A model generated the notes under the pieces. That model saw nothing but the letters and a program-made list of their open reading frames with translations. It was not told the origin of the DNA and did not search any database. Positions 14,846-29,100 of a DNA stretch of 64,000 nt are shown here, piece by piece. Each line of letters starts with the position of its first letter. The first letter of the stretch is position 1. The stretch is taken from contig CM119270.1 in the NCBI GenBank assembly GCA_051294375.1, positions 8,481,213 to 8,545,212 of the forward strand. The letters are read 5' to 3'. This DNA comes from Paraspadella gotoi (taxonomy: Eukaryota > Animalia > Chaetognatha). The translations under genes were made by a program, and so were the position numbers.

Positions 14846-15347
14846 CTAGAAGCGCATTGCAGAGGCAGTTAGTAAAAGTGAAGACAAATGAACAATAGCC
14901 GTGCTGGAAGGTAAAAAATTCGGATTGACATAAATATCTACTAATACTATTAATGGAATTTTAGAATTGAAGGAAATAAAGACAAGCAGCGTTTGATCAT
15001 CGAAATCGTGGCGATCACTCGCGCTATTATCTTTGACCTTTCTGGCCCTGGCATTCGACAACGACTGGACGGCCACCCTCTTCCCCTCTTGAAAGACTTC
15101 GTCTCGATCGTCGGCCGACATCTTGTCCGGTTCGTTGGGGACTTCGCACTCGGAAGAAGACGTTGTGCTGGCAGACGAGCACCCACGAGGACGAACTTTT
15201 CCGGGATGTTGAGGAAGAAGTCCCGCTCGGGACATCCTCGATAAAGGTTTAAAATTTTGTAATATATACGAAATTATTTAGGTTTTTTTGTTGAGAAAAG
15301 TTTTAAATAGATCAACAACGGTTTATTATTCTTTTTTTATTTTATTT

Positions 15348-15436
<89 letters not shown>

Positions 15437-16730
15437 TCTTTGATATCACTAGTAATTATGGAGTAAATACTTTGCATGGAACATTCGGAGGGTTTGTTGT
15501 TGGCAATTAGGCCATCTTTTCCCGGAATGACTTTAGATCGGAGTAAGAATTTTGTTCCTCCAATTTGTAAACAATTGGTCTCGTTCAGCCTTCATCTGTA
15601 ATAAAAAGATTTTAAATATTAAATAGTTAATAGTATTCAATTAAACTTATCTGTGAGAAAAGGATACGTTGTGCCAAGCAAATAATGACTTTAAACTCGC
15701 AGCCATGAAGATAATCCAAAGTATTCCGTTTTGGATTATTGAGGAGGCAATGTTGTAGTAATCGTTAACGCTTGCTGCCACATCGTCAGCGGTTGAACCG
15801 TGATGCTGTTAGAAATTGATATCCCACTAGATGTCCTAAATAAAAATATCAAAGCCATATATTGGAAAAGTGAGAAAGTAGTTGATAAATGATACAAATA
15901 ATTCTTATATAACGCATAGTAAAATTTTTTAACCTCTAAAGATTAAAGATAATATCAGATGAATTTGTATAACCTTTATGAAATTCCAGATTTAAGATAA
16001 AGTTTATTCACGTTGCTTGAAGTTCCATGTGGAAGATTTGGGTCATAACATTTAAAAAAGTGAGTATTTTCCTCTTCGCTTATTTGCGTTCTTTTTTTCG
16101 AGTTTTTTGTCCAAATACTGTCATAGATGTAACGGGTATTTTATTTGACCAGTCATAATTAACACATCACGTAGCACCTGAAATAAACATTAAAAGACGT
16201 AATTTAACGATATGCGTTTTGTTGTCACAAAGTTATCAGACTTTCATGGGAGTATCTTCGTGTTTGTTATTTAAGTCTCGATATTCTGCTTTTTTCTTAT
16301 ATACAAAACCAAAACATTTTTTAAATATTTGATGTTTTGACTTTTTTGGTGCTTCCGTAACGTTAAATTATTTACGTAACAAATTTACCAACGACGTACG
16401 TCATACGCCCTGAAATTTTAATAAACATTTTATTTCATGTTTTTCAGAATTATTTTTAATTTTACCTTGAAACCGTGGTCTTCTTTACATATTCAGCAAT
16501 CCAATGAAATGATTATTTAAATCGTTTCTTGTCGTTTTTAAGATAGGAGATCCATTCACTTTAATATCTTGTCCATCATATTAATGGCTTCCTCTTCTCC
16601 CAATAAGCTGAAACATGATACGTTTATTTTCATTTAAAAGTAAACAACGTACATAATGCATAATTTTAAGTTTACCTTGTGATGACAGTTTTGTTATGGC
16701 GAGTAGAAAAAATAAATTTGAAAAATACAT
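14846..16730 (-). CDS. Second copy of the secreted non-specific endonuclease gene (within the 7-kb duplication)
   Basis: Near-identical to 21870-23781, with ATG at 16730 and an in-phase 21-nt microexon (tttcag|GGCGTATGACGTACGTCGTTG|gtaaat). Several single-base indels elsewhere. The last exon reads through to a hydrophobic end (...SSTAIVHLSSLLLTASAMRF*). Confidence 0.7.
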
Positions 16731-17614
16731 CTTAATTTTTTTTTAATTTTAATTTTCTTTCAATGCTTTTTTTCAAAAAATAATTCGTTATTCCAGCAAG
16801 ATCAAAACAGTCATTTTATTTGGTGAGTCAGCACTTCCTTAAAAAAAATAGGGGCTGATAAAACTGTTTGGCCATGAAATGTGATTCGTATTAAATTCAT
16901 TCCTTTCAGAGTTTGGCTTATTTGTTTATTTCATTAAGAAACTATTGCCATGATAGCCCCTTGATCGGAATCGAGGCAAATCACAGCCACGGAAGTTTAA
17001 TTAATGAGGGTCATTCAGTGTCATTTCGGTCTGCTGTCTGTCGATGCCTCATTTAGGTAGTATAATTACGGAATGATTTCGGGCTGAAAAGTTTAATCGG
17101 AGCCCAAATGCTACTAGTGTTTCTTAATTTCAAAGATTTGGATGTGGATGTTGATTTTCGTGGATTGTGTGAATGAGGTTTTTTCACAACGATCAGCTTG
17201 TCTCAAGGAGTGCATTCCGTGTGAAATGTAATTACTATTCCTTTGTAGTTAATTAGAATGTATTTTTTATTGAAACGTTATGTATAATTAATGTTATCAT
17301 TAATACAAGACGCAGTTATTACGAAAGAAGCGCACATTGTAAGAAGCGAATGAAATGTAGAGATACAATTACAATAACTAAAATGTAAGTCAGAAAATAA
17401 TGTAATGAAATTGATTTATTTAAACTCAAAATAGTCATGGCGACAACCAAAAACATAATCTAACTTTCCCGACTTCATTATCATTTTGAACAACGATTAT
17501 CATTAATGTCATTGTCATAATTGTGGTCGTCATTCTCATAGTCGTCAGTTTTTCTTTTCCTCCTCCTGACCTCATCACCTCGCTCTCGCACCCACCCACC
17601 AGCCCCCCCCTTCT

Positions 17615-18681
17615 CCTCAACGCATCCGTACTCAAACCAGGTTGAGTTCTTCTCTTCCCTTCTCCTTCGCCTCTCGGAGGTTCAGACGCGCAGTCGCGTC
17701 GACGGTCTGGTCGGACTGGCGGGTTTAACGCCGGGGGTGCCGGGGCTGCCAGGACTGCCGGGGCTGCCAGGACTGCCGGGGCTGCCGACCCTGGCGCCGA
17801 GCCCTTCGCTCTCTCTTTATTCGTCGCCGTCGCCGAACTTTGGCAGCGTCGACGCTCCTCCAGACGTCGATCGATTGTACGGCGGCGGCGCAGCAGCCTG
17901 CAGCACCGACGTCCGACGCGCTCGTGCCGACGCGCGTCCGGCGACGCCGCTTTTACACCAGGCGACGGCCGGTTTGATGGGCGTCGTCCTGATCGCCGAT
18001 TTCGGCGTCTTCCCCGTCATCGGATGAGGCGAGAGGTTATCCCGATGACAGACGCCGCCGACGACGACGACGCCGATCCGACTGGAGCCTCATAGAAAGA
18101 CAGAGTCGGCGTCGTGCCGCGCCGATCCCAAAGCCGCACCGCGACCGAAACGGCGCCGGGGCGCCCGATGAGTCGATCTAGTCGCGACGCCGATCTCCGT
18201 CGGGATGAGGATTGACGACGCCGTGGAGGCGAGAAGGCGGAGTGGAGGCGGGCGGGTGGAGGGGGCGGAGGGGGCGGAGTTGGTGAAGGTTGGGGTGGTG
18301 GGTGAGATGAGGGTCGAGTTTCTGTGTGTTTATTTTGGGGGGTGGTGGAGAAGAAAGACTGTCAGATGGATACTTACTAATTAACGAACTATATAATTAA
18401 TTATATAATCAACAGAAAAAACAAACAAAACAAACAACACACAGTCCGACCAACGATTGGCTGAATGCGGGGACGGTCGATGAGCCGATCGGGCGTCGAA
18501 TGCCAGCGCGCGCGCCTGCTGCTGCTGTGCGGTGGCTTGGGAGAGGAAGATGCATTGCAACTGGCGTCGGTTGTAGAGAATGTCGATGCCTCTTCTCAGT
18601 TTCTCCAAAGGTTCGGAAGGTGGATGAGAGAGGGGGGGTGGAGGCGGCGGATTTGGGGTTGAGGCGAGAAAATCGGGTTGA
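17615..18681 (-). other. Duplicate of the last two Girdin/Daple exons (truncated at N-gap)
   Basis: Near-identical to 24676-25740 including the TWFEYGCV codons (one A missing at the stop). Ends at the gap 18682-18706. Confidence 0.8.
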
Positions 18682-18822
18682 NNNNNNNNNNNNNNNNNNN
18701 NNNNNNGAAGAGAGAGAGACTAGGTGAGAGAAGAGAGTGGGATGAGAGAGATGAGAGCAGAATTACAGTACGAGAGAGGAGTGAGAAGAGAGGATGAGTG
18801 AGATGGAGGAGTTGAAGACTGG

Positions 18823-18861
<39 letters not shown>

Positions 18862-20044
18862 ATAAAGTAGACGTACGTATTAAGGAATATAATAAAACAA
18901 TTATTTTAATGTCCCGGTTTAAGCGTTTTACTTGTAAGAAAAGGATTAAAAGATGAGGATCACAGATTCTTTCTCCAAATGGCGGAGAAAAAGCGTCTTG
19001 CTTCGTCTCATAGATGCAGAACCTCGCGAGTGCAGAGATCAGAATTCACTATCAAGGTCGAAAACGTAAATCTCTGAGTCGGCTCGATCATCGCTCGCGA
19101 CGGGGAAAAGTCAGGGGTCTTGAGAGTCTGAGAGTCTCGCTAATGAAGGAATGGAAAAAAATGAGGAAGGGGGAAAAAGTGAGAAGGAAAATGAAGGCGG
19201 ATTGTGCCAGAAAATACTCCTAAAGTCATTTATTTAATTTCTGAAATCTACAACTAGTTAATCTATTTCCTTAAAGGTCATCGCAAGCACAGAGAGTATA
19301 TAATTTAACTTGATGAAATTAACTATTACTGTGCTGAATGTAAGAAAAAAATTGGATATTTCATCTCCTACTTCTGTGGAATCATTAGGGGTAAGTCTAC
19401 ATTTCTTCGTAATTTATTTTTATATTTGACAGCTTTCTCCACGTTAAAGAATTGCATTCCCTACGAGCCTTCGGTCGAAATCTCCCGGATCCCCGAGAGT
19501 TGACAATAAGAATAAGCAATTTAACGCATAAAACGATAAAAAAGCATTTGGCAAGACTAATAGCACTAAACGATAATTCAATAAAAATTTAACTGTCTAC
19601 AAGAAAAAACTTTTGCTATTAGTTTACTAGCACAGTAATTACTAATTACTAATTCTGATGTAATTTGAATAGTTTTTTCTTCCCTTCACTTTTCTTTTCA
19701 TTCCTTTTCTTTTCTTTTCTTTTCTTTTCCTTTCTTTTCTTTTTTTCCCTTTTTTTTTCTTTTCTTTTCTTTTCTTTTCTTCACTTTGTGACAATTTAAT
19801 GTAAAAATATTTTTCGTCTTAATTGGACTCAGCCACTCACGCCGCTTACGGTTTTCACAGGAAACGAGGCGCCGTGACTCGAAGATTCACGACTCGAGTT
19901 TCGCGATTCACGGAAACTCAAGTTTTTTCACGTCGGCGCTAACGACGCATTAGAAGGGAGGGGGGGAGAGAACGAAAGAGAGGAAAAGGGGGAAGGGAGG
20001 ACTGGGGAGGTGAAGGTAGAAGAGAAAAGGTGAGAAAGGCCAAG

Positions 20045-20165
<121 letters not shown>

Positions 20166-20406
20166 GTTAGAAAGGAAAGAGTTGAAAAAAGGGAGATACA
20201 GAAAAGAAGAGGAGGAAACGGACAGAAAGAAAAAGGAGGAGAATAAAGAGAGTAAAGGAGGAAACGAAAGAAAGCATAGAAGGGAGTTTGAGAGGAGGAT
20301 AAGTCTGAGAGAAAAGTCTGGAAATTATTAATAATTGACGTATATTTAGTTGAAAAAAGATGATGAAATGAAAATGGAAAGACAGAAAGAATGAAAGAAA
20401 GAAATT

Positions 20407-20459
<53 letters not shown>

Positions 20460-20536
20460 GGAAAGAAAGAAAAGAAAGAGAAAAATTCAGCAAAGGGTGG
20501 AAAGACGACTGTAATAGGAGGACTGTAGAAAAGGGA

Positions 20537-20606
<70 letters not shown>

Positions 20607-20654
20607 AGAGAGACAGAGAGAGAGAGAGCGAGAGAGAGAGAGAGAAAGAGAAAC

Positions 20655-20738
<84 letters not shown>

Positions 20739-21869
20739 AGAGAGAGAGACAGAGAGAGAAAAAAGAGAGAGAGAGAGAGAGATGAGAAGCCATAGTCAGA
20801 AATTTCAGCAGATTTGCATTTCCTTTTAAAAAAGTTCGTGCGCTGCATTGAAGATGCCTCCGCACTCTTTCAGAGTATGTAAAAGCATAAAACAAGTAGT
20901 ATATTTACGTGATATGCACTAACAATACCGTCACACAACGATAAAATCACACAAAGTTTTTCCGAAGTTTTAGCTTTCGACAAAATAGACAAATAATACA
21001 TACAAATAAAATATACACTAATCTATAAATTATGTTAAGACTAAAAGACTTGAGGCCTCGTATTACGAACTAGTTACTTTACATTTAAAAGCATCTCTTT
21101 AAGTCGCGAGTAAAAAATCCGTTAACTTCTCTCGCGGCCTTGAAGAGGAAGGAAAACTTGTTTTCATTATTTCTATGAATCGCTCAGAAAAAACTGTTTT
21201 ACAAGTTGATAATTTTGAAAATGGTTCAAATTTTAAATTTGATAAAAAAATTGAGCTTCAAAGAGGTTTAATCGTATTTTTAATGAAACAAAAAAAAACC
21301 GTTAAATTTTAAGGTAAGCGCTATTTACTTTAAACTATAAATTCAAGGTTGATAAGCAAAGAAAAATAGAAAGAATGAGAGAAATGACGAAATAATAGTC
21401 ACTCAGGGATGTTCGCGGAAAAGCTTAGGACTTCGGAATGAATTTTTTTTTGTATTCTCTTTAGAGAAAACAAAGTTTTATTAGTTACAAAAAACCATTT
21501 TTTTTATAGAATTTCATTTCAAATATTTCTATTTTCAGATTAGATATTGGAACATTCAACCAGCACAGAGCACTGAGTAGAAAAGTTTTAAAAAAATAGA
21601 GAGTGATGTAATATTTTAGATCTTATGAAATTGGTACAACCAATATAAAAATTATCCATTCATTTAATAAATAAGCTATCTTGCCCCTGACTTTGACTTT
21701 ATATAATTTTAATTTTTAAGACTCATTTTAGTTTGTTTCTCCTCTAAGATTGAATTTATGAACTAATACGAAAATTATACTATTACTAATACTAGGCACC
21801 GTATAAAGCCCCGCCTCCAAAAAAATTGCTCATTTGTTTGACTACTGCTGAGTCTTTTACTGATGGGAA

Positions 21870-22363
21870 CTAGAAGCGCATTGCAGAGGCAGTTAGTAAA
21901 AGTGAAGACAAATGAACAATAGCCGTGCTGGAAGGTAAAAAAATTCGGATTGACATAAAATCTACTAATACTATTAATGGAATTTTAGAATTGAAGGAAA
22001 TAAAGACAAGCAGCGTTTGATCATCGAAATCGTGGCGATCACCCGCTATTAATCTTTGACCTTTTCTTGGCCCTGGCATTCGACAACGACTGGACGGCCA
22101 CCCTCTTCCCCTCTTGAAAGACTTCGTCTCGATCGTCGGCCGACATCTTGTCCGGTTCGTTGGGGACTTCGCACTCGAAGAAGACGTTGTTGCTGCAGAC
22201 GCCCACGAGGACGAACTTTTCCGGGATGTTGAGGAAGAAGGTCCCGCTCGGGACATCCTCGATAAAAAGGTTTTAAATTTTGTAATATTACGAAATTATT
22301 TTAGGTTTTTGTTGAGAAAAGTTTTAAATAGATCAACAACGGTTTATTATTCTTTTTATTTTA

Positions 22364-22432
<69 letters not shown>

Positions 22433-23781
22433 CTCTCTCTCTTCTCTCTCTCTCTCTCTCTCTCTTTCCTCTTTGATATCACTAGTAATTATGGAGTAAA
22501 TACTTTGCATGGAACATTCGGAGGTTTGTTGTTGGCAATTAGGCATTCTTTTCCCGGAATGACTTTAGATACGAGTAAGAATTTTGTTCCTCCAATTTGT
22601 AAACAATTGTCTCGTTCAGCCTTCATCTGTAATAAAAAAAGATTTTAAATATTAAATAGTTAATAGTATTCAATTAAACTTTATCTGTGAGAAAAAGGAT
22701 ACGTTGTGCCAAGCAAATAATGACTTTAAACTCGCAGCCATGAAGATAATCCAAAGTATTCCGTTTTGGATATTGAGGAGCAATGTTGTAGTAATCGTTA
22801 ACGCTTAAAGCTGCCACATCGTCAGCGGTTGAACCGGTGATGCTGTTAAGAAATTGATATCCCACTAGATGTCCTAATAATAAAATATCAAAGCCATTAT
22901 ATTGGAAAAGTGAAGAAAGTAGTTGATAAATGATACAAAATAATAGTTCTTATATACGCATAGTAAAATTTTTTAACCTCTAAAGATTAAAGATAATATC
23001 AGATGAATTTGTATAACCTTTATGAAATCCAGATTTAAGATAAAGTTTATTCAACGTTGCTTGAGTTCCATGTGGAAGATTTGGGTCATAACATTTAAAA
23101 AGTGAGTATTTTCCTCTTCGCTTTATTTCGTTCTTTTTTTCGAGTTTTTTGTCAAATACTGTCATAGATGTAACGGGTATTTTATTTGACCAGTCATAAT
23201 TAACCATCACGTAGCACCTGAAATAAACATTAAAAGACGTAATTTTAACGATATGCGTTTTGTTGTCACAAAGTTATCAGACTTTTCATGGGAGTATCTT
23301 CGTGTTTGTTATTTAAGTCTCGATATTTCCGCTTTTTTCTTATATACAAAACCAAAACATTTTTTTAAATATTTGATGTTTTGACTTTTTAAGGTTGCTT
23401 CCGTAACGTTAAATTATATTTACGTAACAAATTTACCAACGACGTACGTCATACGCCCCTAGAAATTATTAAACATTTTATTTCAGTGTTTTCAGAATTA
23501 TTTTTAATTTTACCTTGAAACCGTGGTCTTCTTTACATATTCAGCAATGCAATGAAATTGATTATTTAAATCGTTTCTTGTCGTTTTTAAGATAGGAGAT
23601 CCATTCACTTTTAATATCTTGTCCATCATATTAATGGCTTCCTTCTTCTCCCAATAAGCTGAAACATGATACGTTATTTTTCATTTAAAAGTAAACAACG
23701 TACATACTGCATAATTTTAAGTTTACCTTGTGATGACAGTTTTGTTATGGCGAGTAGAAAAAATAAATTTGAAAAATACAT
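21870..23781 (-). CDS. Secreted DNA/RNA non-specific endonuclease (NUC/ENDOD1/EndoG-like), 7 exons, copy 2
   Basis: Exons 23727-23781 (MYFSNLFFLLAITKLSSQ, signal-peptide-like), 23514-23658, 23437-23458 (microexon), 23018-23217, ~22725-22873, 22504-22626, 22257 down to 22039 or 21870. Spliced product contains YLKSGFHK-GHLVGYQF...NDYYNIAPQYPKRNTLDYLHGCE...KVIPG...LNIPEKFVLVGVC, matching the family pattern Y-x-x-SG(F/Y)DRGHL...NIAPQ-x4-N...E...(V/I)PG...NIP. The C-terminal stop differs between copies. Confidence 0.82.
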
Positions 23782-24675
23782 CTTAATTTTTTTTTTAATT
23801 TTAATTTTCTTTCAATGCTTTTTTCAAAAAATATATTCGTTATTCCAGCAAGATCAAAACAGTCATTTTATTTGGTGAGTCAGCACTTCCTTAAAAAAAA
23901 ATAGGGGCTGATAAAACTGTTTGGCCATGAAATGTGATTCGTATTAAATTCATTCCTTTTCAGAGTTTGGCTTATTTGTTTATTTCATTAAGAAACTATT
24001 GCCATGATAGCCCCTTGATCGGAATCGAGGCAAATCACAGCCACGGAAGTTTAATTAAATGAGGGTCATTCAGTGTCATTTCGGTCTGCTGTCTGTCGAT
24101 GCCTCATTTAGGTAGTATAATTACGGAATGATGTTCGGGCTGAAAGTTTTATCGGAGCCCAAAGCTACTAGTGTTTCTTAATTTCAAAGATTTGGATGTG
24201 GATGTTGATTTTCGTGGATTGTGTGAATGAGGTTTTTTCAACAACGAATCAGCTTGTCTCAAGGAGTGCATTCCGTTGTGAAATGTAATTACTAATTCCT
24301 TTGTAGTTAATTAGAATGTATTTTTTATTGAAACGTTATGTATAATTTAATGTTATCATTAATACAAGACGCAGTTATTACGAAAGAAGCGCACATTGTA
24401 AGAAGCGAATGAAATGTAGAGATACAATTACAATAACTAAAATGTAAGTCAGAAAATAATGTAATGAAATTGATTTATTTAAACTCAAAATAGTCATGGG
24501 CGACACCAAAAACATAATCTAACTTTCCCGACTTCATTATCATTTTGAACAACGATTATCATTAATGATCATTGTCATAATTGTGGTCGTCATTCTCATA
24601 GTCGTCAGTTTTTCTTTTCCTCCTCCTGACCTCATCACCTCGCTCTCGCACCCCCACCAGCCCCGCCCCTTCTCC

Positions 24676-25391
24676 TCAAACGCATCCGTACTCAAACCAG
24701 GTTGAGTTCTTCTCCTTCCCTTCTCCTTCGCCTCTCGGAGGTTCAGACGCGCAGTCGCGTCGACGGTCTGTCGGACTGGCGGGTTTAAAACGCCGGGGGC
24801 TGCCGGGGGCTGCCAAGGACTGCCGGGGCTGCCAGGACTGCCGGGGCTGCCGACCCTGGCGCCGAGCCCTTCGCTCTCTCTCTTATTCGTCGCCGTCGCC
24901 GACTTTGGCAGCGTCGACGCTCCTCCAGACGTCGATCGATTGTACGGCGGCGGCGCAGCAGCCTGCAGCACCGACGCCGACGGCGCTCGTTGCCGACGCG
25001 CGTCCGGCGACGCCGCTTTTACACCAGGCGACGCCGGTTTGATGGGCGTCGGCCTGATCGCCGATTTCGGCGTCTTCCCGTCCATCGGATGAGGCGAGAG
25101 GTTATCCCGATGACGAGACGCCGCCGACGACGACGACGCCGATCCGACTGGAGCCTCATAGAAGACAGAGTCGGCGTCGTGCCGCGTCGACCCCAAAGCC
25201 GGAACCGCGACCGAAACGGCGCCGGGGCGCCCGATGAGTCGATCTAGTCGCGACGCCGGATCTCCGTCGGGATGAGGATTGACGACGCCGTGGAGGCGAG
25301 AAAGTCGGAGTGGAGGCGGGGCGGGCTGGAGGGGGCGGAGGGGGCGGAGTTGGTGAAGGTTGGGGTGGTGGTGGAGATGAGGGTCGAGTTT
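24676..25391 (-). CDS. CCDC88: Girdin/Daple last coding exon ending in PDZ-binding motif WFEYGCV*
   Basis: Minus strand reads AAG AAC TCA ACC TGG TTT GAG TAC GGA TGC GTT TGA (stop at 24676-24678), matching the Daple/invertebrate Girdin terminus WYEYGCV. The upstream part is Ser/Pro-rich with SPG repeats and has apparent indels, so the ORF track misses this frame. Confidence 0.88.
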
Positions 25392-26137
25392 CTGTGTGTT
25401 TATTTTTGGGGGGGTGTGGAGAAAAAGAAGACTGTCAGATGGATACTTACTAATAACGAACTATATATGATAATAACGGTATATAATATAATCAACAAAA
25501 CAAAACAACAACAGTCGACCAACCGATTGGCTGAATGCGGGGACGTCGATGAGCCGATCGGGCGTCGAAGCAGCGTCGCCGTCGACTGCTGCTGCTGCTG
25601 CGGTGGCTTGGGAGAGGAAATGCTATTGCAACTGGCGTCGTTGTAGAGAATGTCGATGCCTCTTCTCAGTTTCTCCAAAGGTTCGGAGGTGGATGATGAG
25701 GAGGAGGGGGTGGAGGCGGCGGATTTGGGTTGAGGCGAGATCGGGTGAGAAGAGTCGGAGGTGGGGAGGAGAGGGTAGGGCGGGCGGGTGTAACGCCGGG
25801 GGAGGAACTGTGAGGAAGAGGAGAAGGCTAGGTGTGAGTGAGAAGGAAGAAAAGAGTGGGAAATAAAAACTTGGAAACAAAAAAAAATGAAGAAAATAAA
25901 GAGAGAAAAAGAAAAAAAAGACGAAAACAAAGAAGAAAGAAAGAAAAGAAAGAAAGAAAGAAAGAAAAAGAAAGAAAGAACCAAAAAATAAGAAAGAAGA
26001 AGAAAGAACGAAAAATGAAGAAAGAAGAAAACGAACGAAAGACGAAAGACGAAGAAAGAAAGAAAGAAGAAGAAAGACAGAAAGACAGAAAGAAAGAAAG
26101 GAGAAGAAAGAAAGAAAGCAAGCAAGCGAAGCAGAGC

Positions 26138-26178
<41 letters not shown>

Positions 26179-29100
26179 AGAGATAGTCAAACCTTGTTGG
26201 TTGCGACGACTTTGGCGGCGTTTGAAGCTGGAAAACCTCGTCCACCGATTTCCTAAACAAAAAAAGATTCATGATTCAAACCCTATTTTTCAAATAACAG
26301 TAGTTTGAATAATGAGTATTCTTACCTTTTTTCTCTCGAAGCACCGTCCGTCTTTTTCTAAGAAAAGAAAAAAAAGTGTAAATTAATTTTTTACAATTGC
26401 AATTCCACTCTAATATGCAAATGAATTTAACGCACCTTGGGATCGACGGCGGCTCCGTTCTCCGCCAAAAACTGACTCAACGTCATCAGATCCGAGGTCC
26501 CCGGATTTCGGGGAAGAGATCGCGGGGCGGACGTGACGGGCGAACCTAATAGTTTGTCATCGAAACACCATTTATTCATACACAATTCAATGATACATTT
26601 TCGCTCTGTCTTCATGTCGCACGTCTCTCGGTCTGTCTCACTATTTGTCTGTCTTTTATAATGGAATGGAATTTTTAATGATATTTATTATTTAAAAATT
26701 ACCGTTGTAAAATTTCCAAATCATATAATAAGCATAGTAACAGAAAATAATTTTGAAGATTGAATGTCCACTACCCAATGAACTTTGGAAAAAAAATTAA
26801 TCTTTTGCCCCTCAATTCTCTCCCTCTTCCTTTTCTCTCACCCCATTATGCTCGATTCGGTCCTCACCTCCGGAAGAGTAGGAGACCGAGTGGGGCGTGG
26901 TAGAGTGACCGTCCACGAGGTTGTCGGGTCGACGTGACGACGGAGAGAGACGCTCTCCGGGGCGAAAGTCGTATCGAGGCGTGGAGGTGGACTTGGGGGC
27001 GTCGACGAGGTTGTTGCGTCGCGGAGAATCCATGACGACGGATTGGAGAAGATTTTTCAGAAGAGCGAGAGAGACGAGAAGCTGACGAAAAGTTGCGGAT
27101 TTAATTATTATAAAAATATTAATTTAAATACCTTTTAAAAAATAAAAAATATTAACTTGGTGTTTTTAAAAACATATTTTCCCCTGAAGTGGCCAATGAA
27201 GTAAGACATTGTTTTATTTTGAACTATAAAAGAACAAATTAGTCGAAAAAATGAAACGATCACCTCGCAGATTGTACGTCTTCGGGAATTAAGACTTTAT
27301 TCGTCGAGTAATTAATATCAACATCTTCATTTCCATGCAAGTACATCGGTGTCGGTCAACGCACTCATCACATCCACAACAATAAACAATAAGAATCAAT
27401 GGTACGGAAATATGACAGTTTAGTAATAATAATACCAACGATAATTTTTACAGTTTTAGATTTTTTCGAAATCTGGGTAAAAATAACAGTGAGGTTACGC
27501 TTAAAGTGAAAAGTGATTGTGCGCCCAAACAAAACCTAAGTTGTAGTTCATTCAAATAGCGATGTCGCCGGGCGATTCACGCACGAGTTGCAGGTGTGGT
27601 TCTAGTTTGGTTGGCGATTTCGCCATGGCGATATCGCCAGGGCTTTGTGCGATGTCGCCAGTCCCCCACTTGGCGACCTCGCCAGTGATAAAAGTAGCGA
27701 ATATATATGAAAAGCGCAGCTAACACGGGAATGAGCATCACCTACAGGCTCCTCTCCCAACCCTAACCCTAAACCAAACGTCCTGTTCCAACTCTGTGCC
27801 TCTCCCCTAACCCTAACCCGGGCCTGGCCTCCCGTACATTCTCCATGCCTCAACCCTAACCCTAACCGCCTTTGTTTGCATCAACCACGGGCCCCTCCCC
27901 CAACCCTAACCCTAAACCAAGCCTTCCATTCAACTCCGTGCCTCAACCCTAACCGCCTTTGATGCATCAACCACGGCCCCTCCCCAACCCTAACCCTAAA
28001 CTAAGCCTCCCGTTCAACTCCATGCCTCTTCCCTAACCCTACCCAGGCCCGGCCTCCCGTACATCTCCGTGCCTCAACCCTAACCTTAACCGCCTTCGAT
28101 GCATCAACCATGGGTCCCTCCCCCAACCCTAACCCTAAACCAAGCCTCCGTTCAACTCCATGCCTCTCCCCTAACCCTAACCAGGCCCGGCCTCCCGTAC
28201 ATCTCCGTACCTCAACCCTAACCCTAATCGCCTTTGATATATAACCCACGGGCCTCTCTCCCAACCCTAACCCTAAACGGGCCCGGCCTCCCGTACATCT
28301 CCGTGACTCAACCCTAATCCCTAATGTCCCTCGCCAGTACCTTCCTTAAGCCTAACCCTAACGCGGGCCTCTTGGTCATCAACAACACCCTCCCTACCCC
28401 TATCCCTAAAATTGACACTAATAATAAGCCTAAAATAAACTTAACTACTCAACCTAACCCTAACCCTAAACTACTCAACCCTAACCCTAAACTACTCAAC
28501 CCTAACCCTAACTACTACCAACTCAACCTAACCTTAAACCAACTCAACCCTAACCCTAACCCTAATCTGAGTTTAGTTTAGGCGAAATCGCCATAACTAG
28601 AAACGCTAGATGTTAGTTCAGTGCAAAATCGCCAAATCGCGACTTAGCCATGACGCCCTCGCCATTTGCGGTTTAGCTGCTGAACTACATCTAGCGTTCT
28701 AGTTATGGCGATTTCGCCTAAACTAAACTCAGATTAGGGTAGTAGGGTTAGGGTTTGAGTTGGGTTAGGGTTGAGTTGGTTTAGGGTAGGGTTGAGTTGG
28801 TAGTAGTTAGGGTTAGGGTTAGGTGAGGTACGGAGATGTACGGGAGGCCGGCCTGGGTTAGGGTTAGGGGAGAGGCATGGAGTTGAACGGGAGGCTCTGG
28901 TTTAGGGTTGGGGAGGGACCCATGGTTGATGCATCGAAGGGGTTAGGGTTAGGTTGAGGCACGGATATGTACGGGAGGCCGGCCTGGGTTAGTTAGGGAA
29001 GAGGCATGGAGATTGAACGGGGGCTTAGTTTAGGGTTATGGGTTGGGGAGCGGGCCGTGGTTGATGCATCAAAGGCGGTTAGGGTGATGGCACGGAGTTG

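Noticed and set aside
17737-18027. Plus-strand collagen-like PGLPGLPGL ORF
   Set aside because: It is the antisense of the SPG repeat in the duplicated Girdin last exon.
22978-23017. In-frame TAG suggesting the nuclease is a pseudogene
   Set aside because: The donor AAAG|gttata at 23018 ends the exon earlier and restores SGFHKGHL in frame, so the TAG is intronic.
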